This document shows, one piece after another, positions 34,895 through 44,913 of a stretch of 64,000 bases of DNA. Below the pieces are notes generated by a model that worked only from the letters and a program-made list of their open reading frames with translations, did no database searches and was not told the DNA's origin. Position 1 is the first letter of the stretch, and each line of letters opens with the position of its first letter. The DNA comes from Oscillospiraceae bacterium (GTDB taxonomy: Bacteria; Bacillota; Clostridia; Oscillospirales; Oscillospiraceae), in assembly GCA_021768185.1 (NCBI GenBank), contig JAETNP010000027.1, positions 6,511 to 70,510 on the forward strand, read 5' to 3'. The position numbers and the translations under genes were made by a program.

Positions 34895-36157
34895 ATGGAC
34901 AAAAAGAACATTATCAAGGTGCTGGAACCGGTCGTCCGGCTTGAAAATGTGCATTCTGTGGGCGTAATCGGCGATCCCGGGTGCGAAGGCCTGGGGACCT
35001 ACAACATGAAAGTGTACGCAGGCGCTCTGGAGGAGAGCAATAAGGACGATATCACGCTGATCGTGGGCGATTTGGTGCCCGCGGGAACCGGACATCACTA
35101 CCGGGTGATCCAGGAGCTGACGGAAGCGCTGGCTGGAAACGATGTCTATTCCCTGCGGGGGAATCATGATACGGGCGCTTATACCGAATACTTCGGATTG
35201 AAGAATTATGCGCTGCTGGCGGATGATTTCGCGGTGATCGTTCTGGATAACGCGGTGCGGGCCTTTGAGGAAGAGGGACTTTTGCTGCTGAAACAGGTTC
35301 TCGCCATGGAAGAGGTGCGGCAGGCGGTCATTGCTTTCCACATTCCGGTGCCAAACCACTTTATTCAGAACTGTGTGTCGGAGGAGGAGTTTGCCCGGCT
35401 GAAAAACGCATATGAGCCGTGGCGGGAGAAAGTAAAATATCTGCTCTGCGGTCACGTGCATTCCCGGTTTGAAGACCGGGTGGACGGAATCCCGCTGATC
35501 TGCACAGGCGGGGGCGGCGCGATGATCGAAGATGTGTCAAAGGATATCCGGGCCTGCGATGTGGAACACCATGTCGTCCATTTTTATGTGGAAGATGGGA
35601 CGCTGAAGTACCGAATCGCAGACCTTTCGGAGGACTGCTATGGCCGGGAACGGGAGGATGCCGTCCTGCGCCAGAAACTGGAGGAAACCGTACAGGGAGA
35701 ACTGCTGGCCCATTTCCGCTATTTGATGTTCGCAGACCGTGCGGAACGCAGAGGGCTGGATCAGATTGCGGCGCTCTTCCGCGCCCTCGCCGCTTCCGAA
35801 TATCACCATGCCCGGAATTTTTATTCGGTTCTGGAACATCCCGCGCCGTTTATGGAATCGGTTGGGGCGTTTATACCGGGAGAGGACTTTGAATACAAAT
35901 ACCTCTACCAGATGCTGGCGGATTATGCGAAAAACCACGGCAGCCCGCTGGCCGAACAGGCCTACGCCGGCGCAGCCATGGCGGAAAAAGTTCATGCGGC
36001 GCTCCTGCAGCAGGCGTCCGATGTGGAAAACTTCCCGGGAGAGACCGTTTATGTCTGCCCAATCTGCGGCTATGTCATGGTGGGGGATGCTGCTCCGGAG
36101 AGGTGCCCCGTCTGCGGCGGGCCAAAGAAACAGTATGAAGTGTTCGGCGGAAAGTAA
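34895..36157 (+). CDS. calcineurin-like metallophosphoesterase fused to a rubrerythrin (ferritin-like + rubredoxin-like) module
   Basis: MPE motifs GVIGDPG, VGDLV, LRGNHD, CGHVH. Then ELLAHFRYLMFADRAE...ASEYHHARNF...AMAEKVHAAL and C-terminal CPICGY...CPVCG. Confidence 0.7.
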   Translation: MDKKNIIKVLEPVVRLENVHSVGVIGDPGCEGLGTYNMKVYAGALEESNKDDITLIVGDLVPAGTGHHYRVIQELTEALAGNDVYSLRGNHDTGAYTEYFGLKNYALLADDFAVIVLDNAVRAFEEEGLLLLKQVLAMEEVRQAVIAFHIPVPNHFIQNCVSEEEFARLKNAYEPWREKVKYLLCGHVHSRFEDRVDGIPLICTGGGGAMIEDVSKDIRACDVEHHVVHFYVEDGTLKYRIADLSEDCYGREREDAVLRQKLEETVQGELLAHFRYLMFADRAERRGLDQIAALFRALAASEYHHARNFYSVLEHPAPFMESVGAFIPGEDFEYKYLYQMLADYAKNHGSPLAEQAYAGAAMAEKVHAALLQQASDVENFPGETVYVCPICGYVMVGDAAPERCPVCGGPKKQYEVFGGK

Positions 36158-36186
36158 TCAAAAATCGTGCGGTTTTCCGCAAATGC

Positions 36187-36223
36187 AATCCCCTGGAGAG
36201 CTTTGAGTGCCTCCAGGGGATTG
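36187..36223 (+). terminator. rho-independent terminator candidate
   Basis: CAATCCCCTGGAG-loop-CTCCAGGGGATTG followed by TTTGT. Confidence 0.5.
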
Positions 36224-36436
36224 TTTGTACATTGTTCTATAGTCGATGCGCTTGCGGAACCGTAAAAAAGAGGCGGGGAAAAACAGGGGCGTTTTTTTCT
36301 CTCCCATTGCTATTCATGGACTTTTGCCCGGCGTTGGGAGGCCATGGCCGCCCCATTTTCCGCTGCCCTTAAAAACATTGATTTTACTGGGCTTCCGCAT
36401 ATTTTCTTACGGCAAAGCGCCGAAGGGGACGGACCG

Positions 36437-38188
36437 TTAGTCTCCCTCCAAGCGTTTGACCAGCTCCTCAGACGGCGTTACATACGCCGTCTGGTAGGGA
36501 TCATATACCACCATTCCCGGCCGCGCGCCGTTGGGTTTCTTTACATTCCGGACCTGGGTATAATCCACCGCTACCTGGCCGCCCTCCCGGCCCTGGGAGA
36601 AATAAGCCGCCAGCGTGGCCGCCTCGGTCATGCTGGCCTCGTCCGGCTCCTGCCCCTGGGCGCATAAAATCACATGGGAACCGTGGATGCGCTGGGTGTG
36701 AAACCAATAATCCGTTTTAAAGGCCTCCCGGACCAGTTGGTCGTTCTGGGTGTTGCTGCGCCCTACCAGAATGCGGAAGCCTCCGCTGGAGCGGAAGGCT
36801 CGCGGACGGCCAGGGGCCCGGCGGGGCTCCTTTCTCCCGGGGGCAGGGCCCTTTAAATGGCCTGCCTCCCGCAGCTCCCGGCGGATGTCGTTGAAATCCT
36901 GCTCCGTCTCCGCCCTGGAAAGCTCGTCCAGGACGCTCTCCAGCCAGTCCCGCTCCCGGCGGGCCAGCTCCATCTGCTGGCTGAGATATTTCTCCGCCGT
37001 CTTGGCCTTATTGTAGCGCTTGAAATACTTGGCGGCGTTCTGCTGGGGGGTCAGCAGGGGGTCCAGAGGGATATCCACCTCCGGACAGCCCTCCTCATAG
37101 TAGTTCTGGGCCCGCAGGACGCTCTGGCCACGCTCCATCCGGTAGAGATTGGCGGTAATGAGCTCCCCGGAGATCCGCAGGCGATCCCGGTCCTGGGTCT
37201 GGGCGTACTCCTTCTCTTGGAGGGCCAGCTTCCGGCGGGCCCGATCCCGGGCGCTGGAGGCCGCCCGCTGGAGGTCTGCGCCCCGTTGGCGGACCCGCTC
37301 CAGCTGCTCCCTGGTTTCATAGAAGGCGTCCAGCATGGGAGAAAAAGCGTCCCAGGGGGTGCCCTCCATGGCCTTGCCGTACTGCTCAATGGGCATATAG
37401 GAGAAGTCGGCGGGCTTGCCGTCCTTGGTCAGCATCCAAGGGGTGAACTGTTTCCCATCCTCTCCCCGTACCATCTCCTGCCATACGGTGAAGGTCCCCG
37501 TCAGGTTTTCCCGGTCCTCGCTGCTCAGCAGATGTTCTCCGTCCTGACAGTCCGTATGGGCCAGCTCCCGGCATACCAGGGGTGAGAGGGCGGTGAAGCG
37601 GTCCAGCAGCCACTGCGCAGCGTCCGTCCCGTCAGGGACGGCGTTCAGCATGGCCCGGAAGTCCGACCGGCTGATTGCCAGCGGATCCGCCTTCTCCTGG
37701 ACAGGAGGGAGGCGGTAGAAGAGCCCCGGCAGGACCTGCCGCTTTTCACTCATCTCCATGTCCACCCGGCGCAGACAGTCGATGATCCGCTCCTGACCGT
37801 CCAGAAGAATCAGGTTGGAGTACCGGCCCATGCACTCGAACACCAGCCGCCGCCGGCCCGGCTCCCCCAACTCGTCCACGATATCAAAGGTCAAAATTAC
37901 CACACGCTCCAGGGCGGGCTGGTCAATGGCGGCCAGACGGCCGCCGGACAGATGCTTGCGCAGAAGCATACAGAACATGGGCGGCGCGGCGGGGTTCTCC
38001 CGGGTCAGACCGGTGAGATGGATGCGGGACTGGCTGGCTCCCGCGCACAGCAGCAGCTTCTTATTGCCCCGCAGGGTGAGGATGACCTGGTCCCGGGCAG
38101 GCTGCTGGATCTTCTCCACCCGCAATCCCAGGATCGTTTCCCGCAGCTCCCGGACCACGCCGGACAGACATACCGCATCAAGAGGCAT
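36437..38188 (-). CDS. rqcH: ribosome quality-control NFACT protein RqcH (FbpA-like)
   Basis: NFACT-N start MPLDAVCLSGVVRELRE.ILG.RVEKIQQP, a coiled-coil middle, and the NFACT-R region ILVGRSNTQNDQL...WFHTQRIHGSHVIL. Confidence 0.9.
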   Translation of the reverse strand: MPLDAVCLSGVVRELRETILGLRVEKIQQPARDQVILTLRGNKKLLLCAGASQSRIHLTGLTRENPAAPPMFCMLLRKHLSGGRLAAIDQPALERVVILTFDIVDELGEPGRRRLVFECMGRYSNLILLDGQERIIDCLRRVDMEMSEKRQVLPGLFYRLPPVQEKADPLAISRSDFRAMLNAVPDGTDAAQWLLDRFTALSPLVCRELAHTDCQDGEHLLSSEDRENLTGTFTVWQEMVRGEDGKQFTPWMLTKDGKPADFSYMPIEQYGKAMEGTPWDAFSPMLDAFYETREQLERVRQRGADLQRAASSARDRARRKLALQEKEYAQTQDRDRLRISGELITANLYRMERGQSVLRAQNYYEEGCPEVDIPLDPLLTPQQNAAKYFKRYNKAKTAEKYLSQQMELARRERDWLESVLDELSRAETEQDFNDIRRELREAGHLKGPAPGRKEPRRAPGRPRAFRSSGGFRILVGRSNTQNDQLVREAFKTDYWFHTQRIHGSHVILCAQGQEPDEASMTEAATLAAYFSQGREGGQVAVDYTQVRNVKKPNGARPGMVVYDPYQTAYVTPSEELVKRLEGD

Positions 38189-38594
38189 CTTGCTCCTCCT
38201 CCATCATCACCGCAAACAATTCGTTGATCCGCTCCCGCCGGCCCCGGAGATACAGATCCCCCAGCAGGCACTCCAGGGCGGTGGCCTTCAGATAGTCCGA
38301 CCGGCTGGCGCTGTGAGGAATGGTGTGGACGTGAGCGTTGCGCCCCCGCTTGTATACCGCCAGCTCCTCCTCCGTCAGCAGAGGCAGGATGCGCTCCGCC
38401 CGCTCCGCCTGAGCGGGGGCCTTCACCAGCTCCACCGCCGCCCGGTGGAGTCCCCTGCCGGTGGCCCGGCCGTGGGCGCAGAGCCAGGTGCGCACCAGCA
38501 GCTCGTATACTCCGTCCCCCAGATGGGCCAGACCGATGCTGCTGATGGCCCGGATCTGGTCCTCCGGCAGATGGACGTTGAAATAATCGTTCAT
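38178..38594 (-). CDS. mrnC: mini-ribonuclease III
   Basis: LAHLGDGVYELLVRTWL signature, ~138 aa, overlaps rqcH. Confidence 0.85.
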   Translation of the reverse strand: MNDYFNVHLPEDQIRAISSIGLAHLGDGVYELLVRTWLCAHGRATGRGLHRAAVELVKAPAQAERAERILPLLTEEELAVYKRGRNAHVHTIPHSASRSDYLKATALECLLGDLYLRGRRERINELFAVMMEEEQDAS

Positions 38595-38803
38595 AGCGTT
38601 TCCCCGTTTCTTTTTCGCTTATCTTGTATCATATAGGGGAACGGGCCGTCTGTCAATCATTTCTTGCGGGAAGTCCGGGAGTAAGAAATTTGCCGGATGT
38701 CCCCGTTTTCTTTTGTACAGGTTTATGCTTGCGGTTTTTGGGGGAAAGTGCTATATTACAGTCTGTTCATTTCTGCAATTGGAAGAAAAGACGAGGTGTT
38801 ACC

Positions 38804-40093
38804 ATGCAGGTCCTGATTTCTCTATCCTTTTCCCTGGTGGGCGGGCTCCTGATGTCCCGTCTGGCGAAAAAACTGAATCTTCCCGCCGTGACCGCCTACC
38901 TGGTGGCCGGGCTTCTGCTGGGCCCCTACTGCATCGGCGCGCTGAACCTTCTGGATATCGGCTTCAATACGCCGGAGGAGGTGGCGAATCTTGACATCAT
39001 CTCCCAGGTGGCCTTGGGCTTCATCGCCTTCACCATCGGCAACGAGTTCCGGCTGGAGCAGCTCAAGCACATGGGCCGGCAGGCCATCACCGTGGGCATC
39101 GTCCAGGCGGTCTTCACCACGGTGATGGTGGATATCGCCCTGGTGGCGCTGCATTTTGTGAATCCCGCGCTGATCTCCGTGTCCTCCGCTATCACCCTGG
39201 GCTCCATCGCCGCGGCCACCGCCCCGGCGGCCACGCTGATGGTGGTGCGCCAGTACAAGGCCGACGGCCCTCTTACCAAGCTGCTGCTGCTGGTGGTGGC
39301 CATCGACGACGCGGTGGGCCTGGTGCTGTTCTCCGCCTCCTTCGGGGTGGCAGCCGCCCTGGAGAGCGGGAAGGTCAGCCTGATGACCGTGCTGGTGGAG
39401 CCCCTGGTGGAGATCGTGCTGTCCCTGGTGCTGGGCGGCGCGGCAGGCTGGGTGCTGTACCGGGTGGAGCGGTTCTTCCACTCGCGCAGCAAGCGCCTGT
39501 CCATCTCCATCGGCTTCGTGCTGCTGACAGCGGGACTGTCCATGGCGGAGTTCGAGGTGGGCGGCGTCCGCTGCGGATTCAGCCTGCTGCTGGTGTGCAT
39601 GATGACCGGCACCGTGTTCTGCAACATCTGCGATTTCTCCGAGGAGCTCATGGGGCGCGTGGACAGCTGGACGGCGCCGCTGTTCGTGCTGTTCTTCGTG
39701 CTGTCCGGGGCGGAGCTCAACCTGCGGGTGCTCTCCAATCCCCTGGTGCTGCTCATCGGATTGGTCTATATCGTGGCCCGCTCCCTGGGCAAGTACTTGG
39801 GCGCTTACAGCAGCTGCAGGCTCACCGGGTGCAGCGAGAGCATCACCAAGCATCTGGGCATCACCCTGCTGCCCCAGGCCGGTGTGGCCCTGGGCATGGC
39901 GCTGACCGCCCAGCAGCTCAGCGACGGCGAAGTGGTGCGCAACGTGGTCCTCTTCTCCGTGCTGGTCTATGAGCTGGTGGGCCCGGCCTTGACAAAACGT
40001 GCTCTTATTGCCGCCGGAGAGATCCGGACGGAGGGCCGGACCAGTGCCAGAACCAAGAATGGGCCTGCAAAGCCCGTTCATTTAGGAGAATAG
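38804..40093 (+). CDS. cation:proton antiporter (CPA/Kef-type Na+/H+ exchanger family)
   Basis: Polytopic protein. The start MQVLISLSFSLVGGLLMSRLAKKLNLPAVTAYLVAGLLLGPY is typical of the Na_H_Exchanger family. Confidence 0.8.
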   Translation: MQVLISLSFSLVGGLLMSRLAKKLNLPAVTAYLVAGLLLGPYCIGALNLLDIGFNTPEEVANLDIISQVALGFIAFTIGNEFRLEQLKHMGRQAITVGIVQAVFTTVMVDIALVALHFVNPALISVSSAITLGSIAAATAPAATLMVVRQYKADGPLTKLLLLVVAIDDAVGLVLFSASFGVAAALESGKVSLMTVLVEPLVEIVLSLVLGGAAGWVLYRVERFFHSRSKRLSISIGFVLLTAGLSMAEFEVGGVRCGFSLLLVCMMTGTVFCNICDFSEELMGRVDSWTAPLFVLFFVLSGAELNLRVLSNPLVLLIGLVYIVARSLGKYLGAYSSCRLTGCSESITKHLGITLLPQAGVALGMALTAQQLSDGEVVRNVVLFSVLVYELVGPALTKRALIAAGEIRTEGRTSARTKNGPAKPVHLGE

Positions 40094-40262
40094 GGGAAAT
40101 TTGCCAGAATCTTTACTTGACATTTTCTCCGGCGAATGGTATGCTAACAGTGTGCTCGAAAATGTACAAATTAGTCACCGCCTGGCGAAACCCAGTTCGT
40201 CTTCCGGCTTTGCCGCAGTGAGCTTCTTTTGCATTTATTTCAATTCTTAGGAGGCAGTCACC

Positions 40263-40475
40263 ATGAACAACGGAACCGTAAAATGGTTCAACGCGGAGAA
40301 GGGCTACGGCTTTATCTCCAATGACGACGGGAGCGGCGATGTGTTTGTCCATTTCTCCGCCATCCAGGGAACCGGCTACCGCACCCTCACCGAGGGACAG
40401 AAGGTCACCTATGAGGTGGAGCCGGACCCCAAGAACAGCAGCAAGCTGCGGGCGGTAAACGTCACGGCAGTCTGA
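40263..40475 (+). CDS. cold-shock protein (CspA family)
   Basis: [15 protein letters not shown] (RNP1) and VFVHFSAI (RNP2). Long 5' leader. Confidence 0.95.
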   Translation: MNNGTVKWFNAEKGYGFISNDDGSGDVFVHFSAIQGTGYRTLTEGQKVTYEVEPDPKNSSKLRAVNVTAV

Positions 40476-40498
40476 TTTCCCGCTTTTCAAAAAGTGTT

Positions 40499-40526
40499 GG
40501 GCGGCCCTCCTGCCGGAGGGCCGCCC
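40499..40526. terminator. bidirectional terminator hairpin between csp and the DtxR-family gene
   Basis: GGGCGGCCCTCC-TGCC-GGAGGGCCGCCC, a 12-bp perfect stem. Confidence 0.65.
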
Positions 40527-40584
40527 GCTTTGCAAAACAGGATAATTCCGGCAGACGCCGGCTGATCGGAAAAGAAGGGAAGAT

Positions 40585-40980
40585 TCACTTTTCTGCCTGA
40601 CCCGGGGCTTCCCCCATGGTCCGGCGGATGTGGTCCTTGAGCTTCTCGAAGGTGCCGGCGCTGAGGTCGTGCTCCACCAGGCAGGCGTCGGCGGAGGCCG
40701 ATGTCTCGTCCACGCCCAGGTAGATGAAAAAGTCCGTCAGGGTCCGGTGCCGCTCATAGATCCGCTCCGCAATGGCCCGCCCGGAGGGCAGCAGGCGGAT
40801 CAGGCCGTCCGGGTCCATCTCGATGTGGCCGCTCTCCCGCAGTTTCTTCATGGCTACGCTGACGCTGGGCTTGGAGAAGCCAAGCTCGTTGGCGATGTCG
40901 ATGGAGCGGACTGCGCCCCGCCGCTGGCCGATGACCAGGATCGCCTCCAGGTAGTCCTCCGCTGATTCGTAGACGTGCAT
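40585..40980 (-). CDS. DtxR/MntR-family metal-dependent transcriptional regulator
   Basis: ESAEDYLEAILVI......SIDIANELGFSKPSVSVAMKKL.ESGHI ... ERHRTLTDFF. Confidence 0.85.
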   Translation of the reverse strand: MHVYESAEDYLEAILVIGQRRGAVRSIDIANELGFSKPSVSVAMKKLRESGHIEMDPDGLIRLLPSGRAIAERIYERHRTLTDFFIYLGVDETSASADACLVEHDLSAGTFEKLKDHIRRTMGEAPGQAEK

Positions 40981-41158
40981 ATGTGCCTCCGTATTTTTCC
41001 AGCCGCCGCTCCGGCGGCGCGGTCTTCATTGATAACAGGATATCACAAATGCGCCCATTGTGCAAGGCCCCGCCCCATCCTTTGCCTGCTGCGGAGCTTG
41101 GGCGGCGCGTGCGCCGCCGGGTGACAGTATGCTTTTCATCGAAGAATCGTATAATTTT

Positions 41159-41190
41159 AGAGTGGCGCAGCGAAAGCTGCGCCACTCCGG
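41159..41190 (-). terminator. hairpin just downstream of the purL stop (end of the pur operon)
   Basis: GAGTGGCGCAGC-GAAA-GCTGCGCCACTC with flanking A/T runs on both sides. Confidence 0.5.
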
Positions 41191-41199
41191 TTTTTTGTC

Positions 41200-44100
41200 T
41201 TATCGGAAGTATTTTGCCGCGCTGCGGAACAGGCCCATGTCGTAATTGCCGGGCACGTTCCGGTAGAGGGAAGGACCGATGCGCTCGCTGTGGCCCATCT
41301 TGCCCAGCACCCGGCCATCCGGGGAGGTGACGCCTTCAATGGCCCACAGGGAGCCGTTGGGGTTGAAGGCCGTGTCCATGGTGGGCGCGCCCGTGAGGTC
41401 CACGTACTGGGTGGCGATCTGGCCGTTCTCCGCCAGCTGCTTCAGGACGTTCTCCGGGGCGATGAAGCGGCCCTCGCCGTGGGAAATGGGGACGCTGCAG
41501 ATCTCGCCGGGGTCCGTCTCCAGCAGCCAGGGGGAGAGGTTGGAGCAGACCCGGGTGCGCACGATGGAGGACTGGTGCCGCCCGATGGCGTTGTAGGTCA
41601 GGGTGGGACAATTTTCGTCCGTGTCCCGGATCTCGCCGAAGGGGACCAGTCCCAGCTTCACCAGGGCCTGGAAGCCGTTGCAGATGCCCAGCATCAGGCC
41701 ATCACGGTTCTTGAGCAGGTCGTGGATGGCGTCCGTCAGGCGGGGGCTGCGGAGGAAGGAGACGATGAACTTGGCGGAGCCGTCCGGCTCGTCGCCGCCG
41801 GAGAAGCCGCCGGGGAGAAAGACGATCTGAGCATTCCGGATGGAGTGCTCCAGCTCCAGGGCAGACTGGGCCAGGGTATCGGGGGTCAGGTTGCGGATCA
41901 CGTCCTCTACTACGGTCATCCCCGCCCGGAGGCAGGCGCGGGTGCTGTCATACTCGCAGTTGGTGCCCGGAAAGACAGGTATGGCAACCCGGGGCTGGGC
42001 GATGCCGTGGGGCATGACGGCGGGGGCCGCTCCATTCCAGGTGACAGGCTCCACTTTGCCGGTTCCGGCGGTGCGGGTGGGGTAGACGTCCTCCAGGATG
42101 GATTCGTTAAGAGAGAGGAGTTCATCAATGGAGGCAGAATCATCCCCGATCGTAATGACGGGGTCCGCCGTGGTGACGCCCAGCTTCATCACGCCGGGAA
42201 GGACGGCATCCTCCGTCAGCTCGGCCACAATGGCACCATAGAAGGGCAGATACCAATTTTCTTCCAATTCGGCGGACGCGCAAAAGCCCACACGGTTGCC
42301 GAAGGACATTTTCATTACGGCTTCCGCCGTACCGTTTTCCACAGCCCAGGCGGCCTTGACCTTTCCGGCTCGCTGAAGGGCGTGGAGAGCGTCCCAAGCG
42401 GCTGTTTGGCTTTCCGCCGTTTCATCCGTTGGAGCAAAGAGATACACCGGATGCCCCGGTTCCTTGAACTCCGGTGTGATGACCTCGCCGGCCTTAATGG
42501 GCGCGATGGCGAAGGAAATGACCGTGGGGGGCACGTCCAGGTCCATGAAGGACCCAGACATGGAGTCCTTGCCGCCGATGGCGGCGCAGCCGTAGTCCAG
42601 CTGGGCCTCCAGAGCCCCCAGCAGGGCCGCGAAGGGCTTGCCCCAGCGCTCTGGGTCGCTGCGCAGCTTCTCGAAAAACTCTTGTAACGTGAGATACGCT
42701 TTCTTATAGTCCGCTCCCGCCGCCACCAGCTTGGCGAGGGAGGACACCACGGAGGCATATGCGCCCTCGTAAGGACTGTTGCTGAGGAGTTCCGGGTCGC
42801 AGCCGTAGGCCATGACGCTGGCCTGGTCTGTCTCCTGCCCCGGCAGGACCGGCAGCAGGGCGGTCATGGACTGGGCAGGGGTCCGCTGGGTCTTCCCGCC
42901 GAAGGGCATGGTCACGCTGCCCGCGCCGATGGTGGAGTCGAACCGCTCCACCAGTCCACGGCGGGAGGCACAGGACAGGCTCGCCGCCATCTCCCGCAGG
43001 GTGCGGAATCTGGGCTGGCCCATGGCGGCGAGGTCCTTCTCCTCCACGGAGACTGCCGCGTGTTTCACCGCGCCGTTGGTGTCCAGGAAAGCCCGGCTCA
43101 GGTCCGCGATGGTCTCGCCACGCCATTTCATCACCATCCGGGGACTCTCCGTGACAACGGCGGCACGGTAGGCCTCCAGATTCTCGGTTTCCGCCAGGAA
43201 GATAAACTGCTGCTCATCCTCGGGGGACACCACCACCGCCATGCGCTCCTGGCTCTCGGAGATGGCAAGCTCCGTGCCGTCCAGGCCGTCGTACTTCTTG
43301 CGGACTGCGTCCAGGTCGATCTCCAGGCCGTCCGCCAGTTCGCCGATGGCAACCGACACGCCGCCCGCGCCGAAGTCGTTGCACCGCTTGATCATCTTTG
43401 TCACAACGGGATTCCGGAACAGCCTTTGCAGCTTCCGCTCCTCGGGGGCGTTGCCCTTCTGGACCTCGGAGGCCATCGTTGTCAAAGATTTCAAATTGTG
43501 GCTCTTGGAGGAGCCGGTGGCCCCGCCGATGCCGTCCCGGCCCGTGCGGCCCCCCAGGAGGATGACCACGTCACCGGGGGCGGGACGCTCCCGGCGGACG
43601 TTGGCGGCGGGGGCCGCCGCCACTACCGCGCCGCATTCCAGATGCTTGGCGATGTAGCCCGGGTGGTACAGCTCCGCCACATGGCCGGTGGCGAGACCGA
43701 TTTGGTTGCCATAAGAAGAGTAGCCTGCCGCCGCAGTCGTCGCCAGCTTCCGCTGGGGCAGCTTGCCGGGGAGGGTATCCTCAAAACTGGCACGGGGGTC
43801 GCCGCAGCCGGTGACCCGCATGGCCTGATGGACGTAGGCACGGCCCGACAGGGGGTCACGGATGCACCCGCCGATACAGGTGGCCGCGCCGCCGAAGGGC
43901 TCGATCTCCGTGGGGTGGTTGTGGGTTTCGTTCTTGAACATGAGGAGCCAGTCCTGCTCCTTGCCGTCTACCACGGCGGGGACGTGGATGGAGCAGGCGT
44001 TGATCTCCTCGCTCTCGTCCAGCTCCGGGAGCAGGCCCCGCTTTTTCAGCACCTTCGTGCCGATGGTGGCGATGTCCATCAGGGTCTGGGGCCGCTGGGC

Positions 44101-44913
44101 GGCCTTTTCCTTGCCGTAGACCTCCTCACGGGCGGCCAGATAGCGCTCATAGGCCGCCTTTACGCTGGTGTCGTATTTCCCGGAGGGGGCCTCAATTTGG
44201 ATATCCTCCAGGTGGGTGGAGAAGGTGGTGTGGCGGCAGTGGTCGGACCAGTAGGTGTCCACCACACGGACCTCGGTGATGGTGGGGTCACGATGTTCGG
44301 TATCCCGGAAGTAGGCCTGCAGGAATTTCAGATCGTCCAGGTCCATGGCGAGGCCCAGCTTGTCCAGCAGGGCGGCGAGGCCCTCCCCGTCCAGGGCGGT
44401 GAAGCCGGTGAGGGTCTCCACCATGGGGGGCGCGGCGTGGGTGCGGACCAGGGTTTCCGGCTTCTCCATGGAGGCCTCACGGCTCTCCACGGGGTTGATG
44501 AGGTAGCTCTTTATTTTGTCCAGGTCCTCCTGGGTCAGCCGGCCCTCCAGCAGGTATACCTTGGCGTGGCGGACCAGGGGGCGTTCTACTCCAGCCATCA
44601 GCTGCACGCACTGGGCGCAGGAGTCGGCGCGCTGGTCAAACTGCCCCGGCAGGGCCTCCACCGCCAGCAGACTGTGGAGATTCCTGGGCTCGGGGAAGGC
44701 CTCGTCCCAGACGACGTCCACCTGGGGCTCGGAGAATACGATATGCTTGGCCTTCTCGTAGACGGCGGGGTCGATGCCCTCCACGTCGTAGCGGTTCAGG
44801 ATGCGGACGTCCTCCAGGTTTTCAACGCCCAGGAAGCCCCGCAGGTCGCTCAGCAGATTTCCCGCCTCCGGGCTGAGACCCTCCCGCTTTTCCACAAAAA
44901 TTCTATAGACCAT
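41200..44913 (-). CDS. purL: phosphoribosylformylglycinamidine synthase, single-chain large type
   Basis: 1237 aa. Contains the FGAM synthase core plus a C-terminal glutaminase with LGICNGFQAL. Confidence 0.95.
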   Translation of the reverse strand: MVYRIFVEKREGLSPEAGNLLSDLRGFLGVENLEDVRILNRYDVEGIDPAVYEKAKHIVFSEPQVDVVWDEAFPEPRNLHSLLAVEALPGQFDQRADSCAQCVQLMAGVERPLVRHAKVYLLEGRLTQEDLDKIKSYLINPVESREASMEKPETLVRTHAAPPMVETLTGFTALDGEGLAALLDKLGLAMDLDDLKFLQAYFRDTEHRDPTITEVRVVDTYWSDHCRHTTFSTHLEDIQIEAPSGKYDTSVKAAYERYLAAREEVYGKEKAAQRPQTLMDIATIGTKVLKKRGLLPELDESEEINACSIHVPAVVDGKEQDWLLMFKNETHNHPTEIEPFGGAATCIGGCIRDPLSGRAYVHQAMRVTGCGDPRASFEDTLPGKLPQRKLATTAAAGYSSYGNQIGLATGHVAELYHPGYIAKHLECGAVVAAAPAANVRRERPAPGDVVILLGGRTGRDGIGGATGSSKSHNLKSLTTMASEVQKGNAPEERKLQRLFRNPVVTKMIKRCNDFGAGGVSVAIGELADGLEIDLDAVRKKYDGLDGTELAISESQERMAVVVSPEDEQQFIFLAETENLEAYRAAVVTESPRMVMKWRGETIADLSRAFLDTNGAVKHAAVSVEEKDLAAMGQPRFRTLREMAASLSCASRRGLVERFDSTIGAGSVTMPFGGKTQRTPAQSMTALLPVLPGQETDQASVMAYGCDPELLSNSPYEGAYASVVSSLAKLVAAGADYKKAYLTLQEFFEKLRSDPERWGKPFAALLGALEAQLDYGCAAIGGKDSMSGSFMDLDVPPTVISFAIAPIKAGEVITPEFKEPGHPVYLFAPTDETAESQTAAWDALHALQRAGKVKAAWAVENGTAEAVMKMSFGNRVGFCASAELEENWYLPFYGAIVAELTEDAVLPGVMKLGVTTADPVITIGDDSASIDELLSLNESILEDVYPTRTAGTGKVEPVTWNGAAPAVMPHGIAQPRVAIPVFPGTNCEYDSTRACLRAGMTVVEDVIRNLTPDTLAQSALELEHSIRNAQIVFLPGGFSGGDEPDGSAKFIVSFLRSPRLTDAIHDLLKNRDGLMLGICNGFQALVKLGLVPFGEIRDTDENCPTLTYNAIGRHQSSIVRTRVCSNLSPWLLETDPGEICSVPISHGEGRFIAPENVLKQLAENGQIATQYVDLTGAPTMDTAFNPNGSLWAIEGVTSPDGRVLGKMGHSERIGPSLYRNVPGNYDMGLFRSAAKYFR

